The position numbers were made by a program, and so were the translations under genes. Of a stretch of DNA of 64,000 nucleotides, positions 53,628 through 64,000 are shown in pieces. Numbering within the stretch: position 1 is the first letter of the stretch; the number at the start of each line of letters is the position of its first letter. The notes beneath the pieces are model-generated. The model was not told the DNA's origin. It was given only the letters and a program-made list of their open reading frames with translations, and ran no database searches. Origin of the DNA: Mytilus trossulus (Eukaryota); the NCBI RefSeq assembly GCF_036588685.1, contig NC_086374.1, positions 73,594,001-73,658,000 of the forward strand, given 5' to 3'.

Positions 53628-55356
53628 GGTTCATTCTGGCTATTCCTACATTTTGAATTTTATAGGTAAACTAGTAAGATTTTATGTAGGAGTTCCCAGA
53701 ATTTGTATGTAAACAAAGTGATTATGTAGGATTATGTTGTAACAACACTATAACTAATTTGATATAATGAATCAAGGTAAATCCAGAGAATTCTTCTATA
53801 AAATAAAAAAAAAAAAAGAATAATTTATATCACAATCTTTTATTACATTCTTTTATATAATAATTTAATAGCATATTTTGTGAAAATGATATTCAAAAGC
53901 ACAATATGAATTTAAAGGCATAATGGTATACACAAGCAACTCCAATTGTTTACATTAATATATACAAGTAAATATTATCAATTGAAATAGAATTGTTAAA
54001 TCATTCTTTGAATCGAAGCACTAAATTTTGAGTTACACTAAACAAAGCACCAAAAGTACACTAAATTGACATTATTCATAGCACTCGGACAGTAATACAT
54101 TGCACATAGTTCATATATTGAACATATAAGAGAATACAAAGTTTTAATAAATGTGCAGGAGATGTGAAGCAGCATCTCCATGCTCGACTGGAGTAAGCTC
54201 ATCATTCTGTAACCTTGTTTTCAGTGTTTGGAGTCTGTCATCTGTTTCCCTGTACTTCCTCTTTCTTGAAATACGTTTCCCGCCAGCTCTGTACTGGATC
54301 AATGTTAGAGCACTGAAGGCTTCTTCTTGTCTCAAAAACCTGATCATACTGAAGATGTTTAGGTGAGGTGCCTTTACAAATTACTTCTTTAGCTTACTAT
54401 GCAAACCTTCTAAATGGTTTGTTGTTCTAGAACCTTCTGTTGCATATTGGTTCTATATGCTTTAGTTGTTCTCTACCCAGTAGCTGGTAACATAGTCTGT
54501 AAAGTTAAGTGTTGGTGCAGTAGTATCTGAATCATCGATGTTTTCCAGTGCATTAAACCAAATATCTACAATTGTATTGGGTGGCAAAACTGCAGCTCTA
54601 CGAACATTAAGTTGGTGAATGTCTCTCTTTTCGCTGTATTCAGTCTACAAACCATGCTTCTTCTGTGCATTTCGCCAGATACACTGAGTGTAGTGAAAAG
54701 GGCACCCTTTTATGTTCATTCCTGGGAAGATTGAAGTGGCTGCATTTCTGATGGTTATTTCTTAGTCGAGGAACATCTTGGCTGGTTGAAGTAGGATGTT
54801 GAATTGGTTACATAAATCTCGAATAAAAGCAAATCAGAGTTCAAAGTTAATTTGCTTGACTTAATCTATTAGGTCAATATACTCTTATTTATAATGATTA
54901 AGTACTTTAAGCATTACTTCATTTTTGAAAATCATAATTTGTTAAGATAATGAAATAAATAATTTTACAGACTTTTAAATGTTTTTACTTCTTTTTTTCT
55001 ATTTTTTTTTCTTTTCCAATGCTTTTACTTCCTTTTCTTCTAAATAGTTTTATTTTCTACAAATTCCATAAGATTAAAATAATTAATTTTATTACTAAAT
55101 GCAGGTTTTCAAACAAAAAAAATCCCATTATTTTACATATAAAAAATATTTTTTATTTACAAATTAAATTTCAACAGGTAAAATTACCTTTGACCCAATT
55201 AGATTGATTGATTGTTGGTTGCTTTACGCCAATTAGACACTAATGACTAAAACAACATAAATTTCAATAACAACATGTATTGTTTTTCCACTAATCCCCC
55301 ATGTAGGAATAGCCAGAATAGTAAAATACAAAATGTAGGAATAGCCAGAAGACACC
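53628..55356 (-). mobile_element. Mutator-like (MULE) transposon, deleted
   Basis: TIR GG..TTCTGGCTATTCCTACATTTTG and 9-bp TSD AAATTTAGC at 53619-53627 and 55357-55365. Confidence 0.85.
54144..54830 (-). pseudogene. MULE transposase C-terminal half, with several stops/frameshifts
   Basis: Manual translation gives IKGCPFHYTQCIWR (CxxH), YVTSYWV, RTTNHLEG (catalytic E) and the C-terminal 67-aa ORF. Confidence 0.8.
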
Positions 55357-55489
55357 AAATTTAGCAACCCATGAATATTTGAAAGCTTTCGTTTCCAATC
55401 AGACATGTATTGATTGATTCAGTGCTGCATGTGTAGTATGATATGTCCTTCTACTAGACTACTAAGTTAAACATGCTAAGCCAGATCGA

Positions 55490-56860
55490 TATGTCCGTCG
55501 TATGATTTTTGTAAAGATTTCCTTCAGTGACCTCTAGAACAACGAAACCAATTTCGCCCAAAGTTAGTATGAATGAGCCTTAGGGTAGTTTTTATATTTT
55601 ATGCTTATCTTTTTTATTCGTTCAGGCAACAAATATGACCACCGTTCATGTCTAAAATAGAACATAGGTAATTATCATTGGATTATTTTATATCTCAGAA
55701 ATCGTTTTAGATAGAAAATGTCTGACAGGGGCAAAATCAATCGACCTACTTTCTCTTCTTATCATAATCATCAATCTTTTAAAGGAGTAAGAGAAATTAA
55801 ATGACGATGTTTGATGAAATTTAGTTTTTTTGCAAAATATTCCGAAAATTATAATAGTTGGGAAGAAATTGTTTATGGTAAACATTATCATCCGAAATAT
55901 AGATGTACGAAAGTACTAATATGAAACCATTCTTTTAATAAGTTTTTGAGGAATGTTCATGTATTTGCCTATCAAGATCTATAACAGATAGAGAAGTCTA
56001 TAGACAACAAAACTGATAAAAAAAAAAAAGAATATTTAGTTAGATCTACAAGAGTATTTATGACCAAAGATGACTCCTTACTGAGTTCAAGTCTAAAAAT
56101 TACGATTTTTGATAAATTTTTCATGTCTGCCACTAACTTATGTCAAGAACTATTATACATAGAGAGAAAAACATGTAAACAGCTAAAATGACTCTGCAAT
56201 TCATGATATAAGAAAGGCAATATTAACGAAATAATTGGATGGGTCATAAGAGTTGTTGTTGCCCATTTTTTTTTATCTTATTTGTGATTTAACAAATAAT
56301 CTTGATACCAGTACAGATATGCCACTGCAACAGGTAAGGTTAGATAATACCTGAAAGACAGACATACACCATACAATCATTTCTTTAACCAAACTTAGTG
56401 TCTTGGAAACATTTCATACACCAAATATATTTGACATATTGCTCATTGTATCTGGTACAACAGACCAAAAAAAAAAAACCAATGAGCTATGAAAATGAAG
56501 TCAATATCAAATAATACCTATGAGACAGACATTTACAATCATTCCATACACCAAATAAAGCTGACCTATTGCTCATAATTCAACTCATCATAGATACAAT
56601 GATTGAAATTTTATATAAACGCCAGACAGACGTTTCTGAGAAACAAACCAAAAACAAAAAAAAAACTTTACATGACAAAGGAAGCTTGAAAATGAGGTCA
56701 GGGTGAAATAATAAACACCAGACAGAAATATGATCATTCCATTAAACAAGTATAGCTGAACAATTGATTATTGTATTTGAGAAATGGACCCAACAACAAA
56801 ACTAGACATTGACCAGTGAACCTTAAATGAGGTCACAGTCAGATGGTACATGCCAGATAG
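55490..56860. repeat. Two highly decayed HINE-related remnants
   Basis: 55490-56260 resembles the 500-bp family (ctaaaatagaacatagg, tcaagatctat). 56340-56860 resembles the 150-bp family (gaaaatgaggtca, attccatacaccaaata). Confidence 0.5.
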
Positions 56861-56912
56861 ACAGGGGATATAATCATGCACGGGGCAGGTGCATTAAGAC
56901 TTCAATTTTAAT

Positions 56913-59631
56913 GGATAAGGATTGTCACTAGTCCTACCAGAGGATGGTGGTTCTCTAGGGACATTCCAGGTTAAGGTTTGTCAATAGTCCTACCAGAGGA
57001 TGGTGGTTCTCTAAGGACATTCCAGGATAAGGATTGTCAATAGTCCTACCAGAGGATGGTGGTTCTCTAGGGACATTCCAGGTTAAGGATTGTCAATAGT
57101 CCTACCAGAGGATGGTGGTTATCTAGGGACATTCCAGGTAAAGGTTTGTCAATAGTCCTACCAGAGGATGGTGGTTCTCTAGGGATATTCCAGGTTAAGG
57201 TTTGTCAATAGTCCTACCAGAGGATGGTGTTTCTCTAGGGACATTCCAGGATAAGGATTGTCACTAGTCCTACCAGAGGATGGTGGTTCTCTAGGGACAT
57301 TCCAGGTTAAGGTTTGTCAATAGTCCTACCAGAGGATGGTGGTTCTCTAGGGATATTCCAGGATAAGGTTTGTCAATTGTCCTACCAGAGGATGGTGTTT
57401 CTCAAGGGACATTCCAGGATAAGGTTTGTCAATAGTCCTACAAGAGGATGGTGGTTCTCTAGGGACATTCCAGGTAAAGGTTTGTCAATAGTCCTACCAG
57501 AGGATGGTGGTTCTCTAGGGATATTTCAAGTTAAGGTTTGTCAATAGTCTTACCAGAGGATGGTGGTTCTCATTCCAAGTTAAGGATTGTCAATAGTCCT
57601 ACCAGAGGATGGTGGTTCTCTAGGGACATTCAAGGTTAAGGTTTGTCAATAGTTCTACCAGGGGATGGTGGTTCTCTAGGGACATTCCAGGTTAAGGTTT
57701 GTCAATAGTCCTACCAGAGAATGTTGGTTCTCTACGGATATTACAGGTTAAGGTTTGTCAATAGTCCTACCAGAGGATAGTGGTTCTCTAGGGATATTCC
57801 AGGATAAGGTTTGTCAATAGTCCTACCAGATGATGGTGGTTCTCTAGGGACATTCCAGGATAAGGTTTGTCAATAGTCCTACCAGAGGATGGTGGTTCTC
57901 TAGGGACATTCCAGGATAAGGTTTGTCAATAGTCCTACCAGAGGATTGTGGTTCTCTAGGGACATTCCAGGTAAAGGTTTGTCAATAGTCCTACCAGAGG
58001 ATGGTGGTTCTCTAGGGACATTCCAGGTTAAGGTTTGTCAATAGTCCTACCAGAGGATGGTGGTTCTCTAGGGACATTCCAGGTAAAGGTTTGTCAATAG
58101 TCCTACCAGAGGATGGTGGTTCTCTAGGGACATTCCAGGTTAAGGTTTGTCAAAAGTCCTACCAGAGGATGGTGGTTCTCTAGGGACATTCCAGGATAAG
58201 GTTTGTCAATAGTCCTACCAGAGGATGGTGTTTCTCTAGGGACATTCCAGGATAAGGTTTGTCAATAGTCCTACTAGAGGGTGGTGATTCTCTAGGGACA
58301 TTCCAGGTTAAGGTTTGTTAATAGTCCTACCAGAGGATGGTGTTTCTCTATGGACATTCCAGGATAAGGATTGTCAATAGCCCTACCAGAGGATGGTGGT
58401 TCTCTAGGGACATTCCAGGTTAAGGTTTGTCAAAAGTCCTACCAGAGGATGGTGGTTCTCTAGGGACATTCCAGGTTAAGGTTTGTCAAAAGTCCTACCA
58501 GAGGATGGTGGTTCTCTAGGGATTTTCCAGGTAAAGGTCTGTCAATAGTCCTACCAGAGGATGGTGGTTCTCTAGGGATATTCCAGGATAAGGTTTGTCA
58601 ATAGTCCTACCAGAGGATGGTGGTTCTCTAGGGATATTCCAGGATAAGGTTTGTCAATAGTCCTACCAGAGGATGGTGGTTCTCTAGGGATATTCCAGGT
58701 TAAGGTTTGTCAATAGTCCTACCAGAGGATGGTGGTTCTCTAGGGATATTCCAGGATAAGGTTTGTCAATAGTCCTACCAGAGGATGGTGTTTCTCTAGG
58801 GACATTCCAGGATAAGGTTTGTCAATAGTCCTACCAGAGGGTGGTGATTCTCTAGGGACATTCCAGGTTAAGGTTTGTCAATAGTCCTACCAGAGGATGG
58901 TGTTTCTCTAGGGACATTCCAGGATAAGGATTGTCAATAGCCCTACCAGAGGATGGTGGTTCTCTAGGGACATTCCAGGTTAAGGTTTGTCAATAGTCCT
59001 ACCAGATGATGGTGGTTCTCTAGGGACATTCCAGGTTAAGGTTTGTCAATAGTCCTACCAGAGGATGGTGGTTCTCTAGGGATATTCCAGGTAAAGGTTT
59101 GTCAATAGTCCTACAAGAGGATGGTGTTTCTCTAGGGACATTCCAGGATAAGGTTTGTCAATAGTCCTACCAGAGAATGGTGATTCTCTAGGGAAATTCC
59201 AGGATAAGGTTTGTCAATAGTCCTACCAGAGGATGGTGGTTCTCTAGGGACATTCCAGGTTAAGGTTTGTCAATAGTCCTACCAGAGGATGGTGGTTCTC
59301 TAGGGATATTCCAGGTAAAGGTTTGTCAATAGTCCTACAAGAGGATGGTGTTTCTCTAGGAACATTCCAGGTTAAGGTTTGTCAATAGTCCTACCAGAGG
59401 ATGGTGGTTCTCTAGGGATATTCCAGGATAAGGTTTGTCAATAGTCCTACCAGAGGATGGTGGTTCTCTAGGGATATTCCAGGATAAGGTTTGTCAATAG
59501 TCCTACCAGAGGATGGTGGTTCTCTAGGGACATTCCAGGTTAAGGTTTGTCAATAGTCCTACCAGAGGATGGTGGTTCTCTAGGGACATTCAATGTTAAG
59601 GTTTGTCAATAGTCCTACCAGAGGATGGTGG
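56913..59631 (+). repeat. 56-bp satellite array, left part (~48 monomers)
   Basis: Consensus GTTTGTCAATAGTCCTACCAGAGGATGGTGGTTCTCTAGGGACATTCCAGG(T/A)TAAG, head-to-tail. Confidence 0.97.
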
Positions 59632-59829
59632 TGTCGAGTATAAATAGAGACAATCACATTACGCGGGATTCATACATGTACTTATACGCGTTACCGCTCT
59701 CTAGATGTAACGTCATGGTTGCTATGTATTAACGTCATTGTATCTTACCAGCATTAAATCATCCATTTGTATAGACGTCTTTTTCTATATTCAAAACACA
59801 ACGCAACTACAACTTATACGATCACGAGA
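59632..59829 (+). repeat. 5' LTR
   Basis: TGTCGAG...CACGAGA, a direct repeat of 63185-63382. Confidence 0.95.
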
Positions 59830-59830
59830 T

Positions 59831-59848
59831 TGGTGCCGTGACCAGGAT
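59831..59848 (+). other. Primer-binding site, probably tRNA-His
   Basis: TGGTGCCGTGACCAGGAT, 1 nt after the LTR, complementary to a tRNA 3' end ...GUCACGGCACCA. Confidence 0.75.
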
Positions 59849-59853
59849 AGAAG

Positions 59854-60900
59854 ATGGTTTCGTCGAGAATCAAGTCTATTCGAGCTGGAAATAGAGCCGC
59901 TGTCACGAAATTCTTCAAGAAACTAGATGAGCTGAACACAGATTCGGAGATGGATATAGCCATTGCAGGTCCAATTATTGACGCTATAGTGAAAAAACAA
60001 AGTGTTATTCTTAAACTGGATGAACAGATTTTGGAAAATACATCGGATGAAGATATAGAAGTTGAAATCCTAGATGCAGATGAGTATAATTTAGATCTTG
60101 AAACAAATTTACGCCGTTATAAGAAATTAGCACAAACAGTTACACGTACATGTACAGAATTATCTCATGAAAGCATCCCAAACACACGCCCCGTCATGAA
60201 CATGCATGAAGTCAATTCCGAGACCCGTCCTGTAATGAACACAGAATTCTTCCCAAGATATTCATCGCAAACTTCTAATAGTTCACTGTCTAGTCAAAAT
60301 CACCGCTTGCCGAAGCTAACCCTACCTACTTTTTCTGGGGATATCCTAGAGTGGCAATACTTTTGGGAATCGTTTGAAAACACAATTCACAGCAATCATA
60401 CACTCACTGATGTCCAGAAATTCACGTACCTACAGTCACTTCTTGATGCAGACGCTATGAATGTCATAAATGGTTTAAACTTGTCCAGCGCAAACTATCA
60501 CAAAGCCGTTGAGTTATTAGTAAATCGCTTTGGGAAAACACACAAAATTGTGAACGCTTATATGAAAGCTCTTTTAGATTTGCCAGCACCCTCATACACA
60601 TTAGAAAGTATTCGTAATTTTTCGAACAAGTCAGAGGTTTACATCCGAGGATTAGAATCTTTAGGACAATGCCAAGATACATATGGTTCCCTGTTAATCC
60701 CAGTTATGCTTGGTAAGCTCCCTGTTACCGTAAAAAGTAATATAACAAGAGAAAACGGAAACGACGACTGGACCCTTGGAAATCTAAGAAAGGCAATACA
60801 ACGGGAAATATCTATTCAAGAAGCCAGCGATGATGGGATTGAATCTTATGATATACCTACCGCAAGTTTCCATGCCGGAATTAGTAAGAAAAATTTGTAA
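59854..60900 (+). CDS. BEL/Pao Gag, N-terminal part (interrupted by HINE)
   Basis: RLPKLTLPTFSGDILEWQYFWESFENTIH...QKFTYLQSLL...NYHKAVELLVNRFG is typical of the Pao gag (DUF1759-type) domain. The ORF stops just inside the HINE. Confidence 0.9.
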   Translation: MVSSRIKSIRAGNRAAVTKFFKKLDELNTDSEMDIAIAGPIIDAIVKKQSVILKLDEQILENTSDEDIEVEILDADEYNLDLETNLRRYKKLAQTVTRTCTELSHESIPNTRPVMNMHEVNSETRPVMNTEFFPRYSSQTSNSSLSSQNHRLPKLTLPTFSGDILEWQYFWESFENTIHSNHTLTDVQKFTYLQSLLDADAMNVINGLNLSSANYHKAVELLVNRFGKTHKIVNAYMKALLDLPAPSYTLESIRNFSNKSEVYIRGLESLGQCQDTYGSLLIPVMLGKLPVTVKSNITRENGNDDWTLGNLRKAIQREISIQEASDDGIESYDIPTASFHAGISKKNL

Positions 60901-61662
60901 GGGTTCCACGGAACCCAGTGTCTCGCCTATTTTTGCTGTAAATCGCAGGCTCAACAATAATGAGGAAAAAAATCAATAAAAATATTCCTCTTGTTACTAT
61001 TTTATGATTGTAAGAAAATCTAAGTCCATTTAAAAGTAAATTACAGAAAAAACGTGTAATCTTTTAACAAACTTTACTTCTGGATACAATCTTATGATCA
61101 TAAATAAGCTTCTGTCCAAGTTTGGTACAAATCCAGGATAGTTTAAGAAAGTTATTAAAATTTAAAAACTTTAACCACAGAGTGAATGTAATGGTTCCCC
61201 GCAGAAAAACTAAGTCCATTTAAAAATAAAATATGGAAAAAATGGATTTATTTATTTACAAAATTTACTTCTGGATGCTATCTTATGATCATAAACAACC
61301 TTCTGTCCAAGTTTGGTACAAACCCAGGATAGTTTAAGAAAGTTATTAAAATTCTAAAAACTTTAACCACAGAGTGAATGTTTTGTTTCCCCGCAGACAA
61401 AAACTAAGTCCATTTATAGTAAAATATGGAAAAATGGGAATTTTATTTTTACAAAATTTACTTCTGGATACTATCTTATGATCATAAACAAGCTTCTGTT
61501 AAAGTTTGGTAAAAATCCAGTATAGTTTAAGAAAGTTATTAAAATTTCAAAAACTTTAACCACAGAGTGAATATTTGTTGACGCCGCTGACGACGCCGAC
61601 GACGACGGAATGTAGGATCGCTTAGTCTCGCTTTTTCGACTAAAGTCGAAGGCTCGACAAAA
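60891..61662 (-). mobile_element. HINE element with ~190-bp tandem core inserted in gag
   Basis: Minus 5' end tttttgtcgagccttcgactttagtcgaa, (CGT/CGG)n, three units (aagtccattta at ~61022, 61212, 61406), and 3' end aggcgagacactgggttccgtggaaccc. Inserted in an A/T run. Confidence 0.85.
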
Positions 61663-62951
61663 ATGGGAATTACGTAAATAAATCAAAATCTATCAACTAT
61701 TCTCAAAGTAAAGTATGCACTTATTGCAATGATCAACATTTCCCTGCAGACTGTGAAAAGTTCACCGACAGCAAATCAAGAATGGAGATTGTTAAGAAGA
61801 GAAACCTATGTTTCAATTGTTTAGGTAACCATAGAATATCAGAATGTAGGTCGAAAAACACATGCCGTAAATGTTAACGTAAGCACCACACTAGTTTATG
61901 CAATGAAACTTCAGTTCAAAAATCACAGATTCAGAATGTTACAAGTAATAAAGAAAACAGCACGCCAATCATGCATACATCTGCTAAACAGGAAAACTCT
62001 ACCGTCTTTTTGAAAACAGCAATAGCTCCCATATGGTCACAAAATCATTGCGCCGACGCTCACATCCTTTTCGACGAAGGAGCGCAACGATCATTTATGA
62101 CGCAGGAAATAGCCGACAAGTTGAACGTCAAGCCAGACAGAAAGGAAACTCTCAACATATCCGCCTTCGGAAATTCTGACAAGAACGTTCGTCACATGAA
62201 TAAAGCCACAGTGTATTTAGAAGCAGACTCAGGAGAGAAAATACCTTTACAGGTATTGATTGTACCCGCCATAGCGGCGCCTATTCAGAATAACCGCAGG
62301 TACATTTCGCACCAACTACATTATTTTAAAGGACTAAAACTAGCCCACCCGTTATCAGAGGATAATAGCTTTGATATTTCTTTACTCATTGGAGCAGACC
62401 ACTACTGGGATGTAATCAAGGATGATATCGTTCGAGGCGACGGACCAACAGCGATGAACTCCAAAATAGGATATTTGTTATCTGGACCACTCACACGTAC
62501 AAGAGGACAACGTAATTCACATATGATGCACATATTATCTAGTCACACAAAAGAGGACTATGATATTGAGAGATTTCGGAAATTGGAGTCCCTTCGTATA
62601 CAAGAAAACGACAAACTAAACACAGAGAAACAGAACATCAAGGAATTTTCATCAACATCGATAGCATATGAGGATGGAAAGTACGTTGCTCAACTTCCAT
62701 GGATTGAAGAATGTCCTGAATTACCGACAAACGAGATGATTGCAAGAGCAAGGACCCACAGAGTAGTTAACCGCTTAAACCAGGAATCAAACTTATTCAA
62801 AAGATATCATGGATACATAATTAAAGAGCAGGAAAGACGTGGTTTCATCGAAAAGGCAAAAGAGAAGGAGGACGAGCCACAGCGCATACACTTCATACCT
62901 CATCATCCCGTTAAAAACAAAATTCTACCCACTAGAGATAAATTCAAATGA
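61663..62951 (+). pseudogene. BEL/Pao zinc knuckles + aspartic protease + start of RT
   Basis: CTYC...H....C, CFNCLGNH....C, CRKC*RKHHTSLC (premature TAA). Then ORF 61971-62951 with ILFDEGAQRSF, LLIGAD, GYLLSGP, YVAQLPW and FIPHHPV. Confidence 0.88.
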
Positions 62952-63184
62952 CAATGATGAATCGCAAATACTTTGAAGGAGTGTTCGTTTACAAAACCGC
63001 AATCAGAGACTGTAATTAATTGAGAACAATTTTCAATCGCAATTTGATTCATAGATAGTTTTATATGTGATTCATAGACTTTAAAGTTTCAAATATTTCA
63101 TTTCTTTTCATTTATAGATATTTTTCTTAATTTGGATAAATTGTTCATTGAGACTTTAATTGCACAAACTCGCGGCCCGCAGTA

Positions 63185-63382
63185 TGTCGAGTATAAATAG
63201 AGACAATCACATTACGCGGGATTCATACATGTACTTATCCGCGTTACCGCTCTCTATATGTAACGTCATGGTTGCTATGTATTAACGTCATTGTATCTTA
63301 CCAGCATTAAATCATCCATTTGTATAGACGTCTTTTTCTATATTCAAAACACAACGCAACTACAACTTATACGATCACGAGA
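63185..63382 (+). repeat. 3' LTR
   Basis: Direct repeat of the 5' LTR, followed by TSD GGTGG and the resumed satellite. Confidence 0.95.
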
Positions 63383-64000
63383 GGTGGTTCTCTAGGGATA
63401 TTCCAGGTAAAGGTTTGTCAATAGTCCTACAAGAGGATGGTGTTTCTCTAGGGACATTCCAGGTTAAGGTTTGTCAATAGTCCTACCAGAGGATGGTGGT
63501 TCTCTAGGGATATTCCAGGATAAGGTTTGTCAATAGTCCTACCAGAGGATGGTGGTTCTCTAGGGATATTCCAGGTTAAGGTTTGTCAATAGTCCTACCA
63601 GAGGATGGTGGTTCTCTAGGGATATTCCAGGATAAGGTTTGTCAATAGTCCTACCAGAGGATGATGGTTCTCTAGGGACATTCCAGGTTAAGGTTTGTCA
63701 ATAGTCCTACCAGAGGGTGGTGTTTCTCTAGGGATATTCCAGGATAAGGTTTGTCAATAGTCCTACCAGAGGATGGTGGTTCTCTAGGGACATTCCAGGA
63801 TAAGGTTTGTCAATAGTCCTACAAGAGGGTGGTGATTCTCTAGGGACATTCCAGGATAAGGTTTGTCAATAGTCCTACCAGAGGATGGTGGTTCTCTAGG
63901 GACATTCCAGGATAAGGTTTGTCAATAGTCCTACCAGAGGGTGGTGATTCTTTAGGGACATTCCAGGTAAAGGTTTGTCAATAGTCCTACCAGAGGTTGG
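63383..64000 (+). repeat. 56-bp satellite array, right part (runs off the window)
   Basis: Same monomer, resuming in phase after the TSD. Confidence 0.97.

Larger units (their letters stand above)
59632..63382 (+). mobile_element. BEL/Pao LTR retrotransposon, internally deleted (no RT core, RNase H or integrase)
   Basis: 198-bp LTRs at 59632-59829 and 63185-63382 (2 differences seen), TSD GGTGG, PBS, gag with three zinc knuckles, and an aspartic protease. Confidence 0.95.

Noticed and set aside
57314-57547. 77-aa ORF in the satellite
   Set aside because: Chance stop-free run through variant monomers.
56913-64000. Regular repeat array resembling CRISPR
   Set aside because: Monomers are head-to-tail with no unique spacers, there are no cas genes, and the context is eukaryotic.

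Overview
AT-rich animal genomic DNA. The repeat landscape (HINE/pearl-like elements, Deu/V-type SINEs) resembles a bivalve such as Mytilus; this is inference. The core is a cluster of four intact, intron-containing alpha-tubulin genes arranged + - - +. All share one five-exon plan: an ATG-only exon 1, then 223, 149, 153 and 828/831 nt exons. Gene 3 is a divergent isotype (MREV start, GQCG, several beta-like residues), and the paralogues show patchy near-identical tracts suggesting gene conversion. The first coding exon of a probable RABGAP1/GAPCenA gene lies head-to-head with tubulin gene 1. Introns and spacers hold nested mobile elements: five Helentron-associated (HINE) families, a Helitron, piggyBac-, Kolobok-, Harbinger/Zator-, hAT-, MULE-, CMC- and Academ-like TIR elements, two decayed LINEs and a tRNA-derived SINE. 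The right end is a 56-bp satellite, probably amplified from a SINE core. It is interrupted by a young, internally deleted BEL/Pao LTR element with non-canonical TG...GA ends. I found no prokaryotic-type system (CRISPR, operon).
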